Below are positions 39,211 through 39,311 of a DNA stretch of 39,311 nucleotides, piece by piece. The translations under genes and the position numbers were made by a program. Location: the NCBI GenBank assembly GCA_038060635.1, contig JBBTGK010000209.1, positions 1 to 39,311 of the forward strand, read 5' to 3'. The stretch's first letter is position 1; each line of letters opens with the position of its first letter. The DNA is from Cyanobacteriota bacterium (GTDB lineage: Bacteria > Cyanobacteriota > Sericytochromatia > UBA7694 > JACMQJ01). The notes below the pieces were generated by a model that saw nothing but the letters and a program-made list of their open reading frames with translations, was not told the DNA's origin and ran no database searches.

Positions 39211-39311
39211 TTCTAAAAATTTATTTTTAACTTCTTCAATTGATTTATAAATAGGTTTTATAACTAGAAGAGAAAAGTAAAAAAAATAAGTATTGAAAAT
39301 AAGTTATAGAC

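Noticed and set aside
3208-39250. Antisense or nested ORFs in the track (e.g. 3208..3417, 4858..5049, 5511..5798, 10926..11267, 17201..17503, 28833..29186, 29101..29343, 37322..37678)
   Set aside because: Shadow frames of well-supported genes or repeats, with F/I/L-biased composition and no motifs

Overview
AT-rich bacterial chromosomal window that very probably spans the replication origin. About 20 helically phased DnaA boxes (22620-23101, mostly the variant TTGTCCACA) with a DnaA-trio/AT-rich unwinding segment lie upstream of dnaN-recF-dciA, with no adjacent dnaA, and gene strand bias switches there. Core genes are rpsB-tsf-pyrH-frr-cdsA, an IscS-like cysteine desulfurase and aroC. Accessory content includes: an XRE-HTH + ImmA/IrrE peptidase module followed by small orphans, one of which resembles plant Whirly ssDNA-binding proteins (the most intriguing item); an RloA/RloB (AbiL-like) ATPase pair; a vapBC-type TA pair; two tandem papain-like proteins and a large PLD that share a putative non-Sec N-terminal motif; an expanded NDK-like protein; an EF-hand-lipase lipoprotein; an MFS-CapA fusion; two WG-repeat genes with an identical 155-bp 3' segment; and several REP/MITE-like palindromes. 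No rRNA, tRNA, CRISPR array, integrase or transposase was seen. All family calls come from motif recognition by eye, not from database searches. The oriC layout suggests, but does not prove, a cyanobacteria-related (e.g. non-photosynthetic) lineage.
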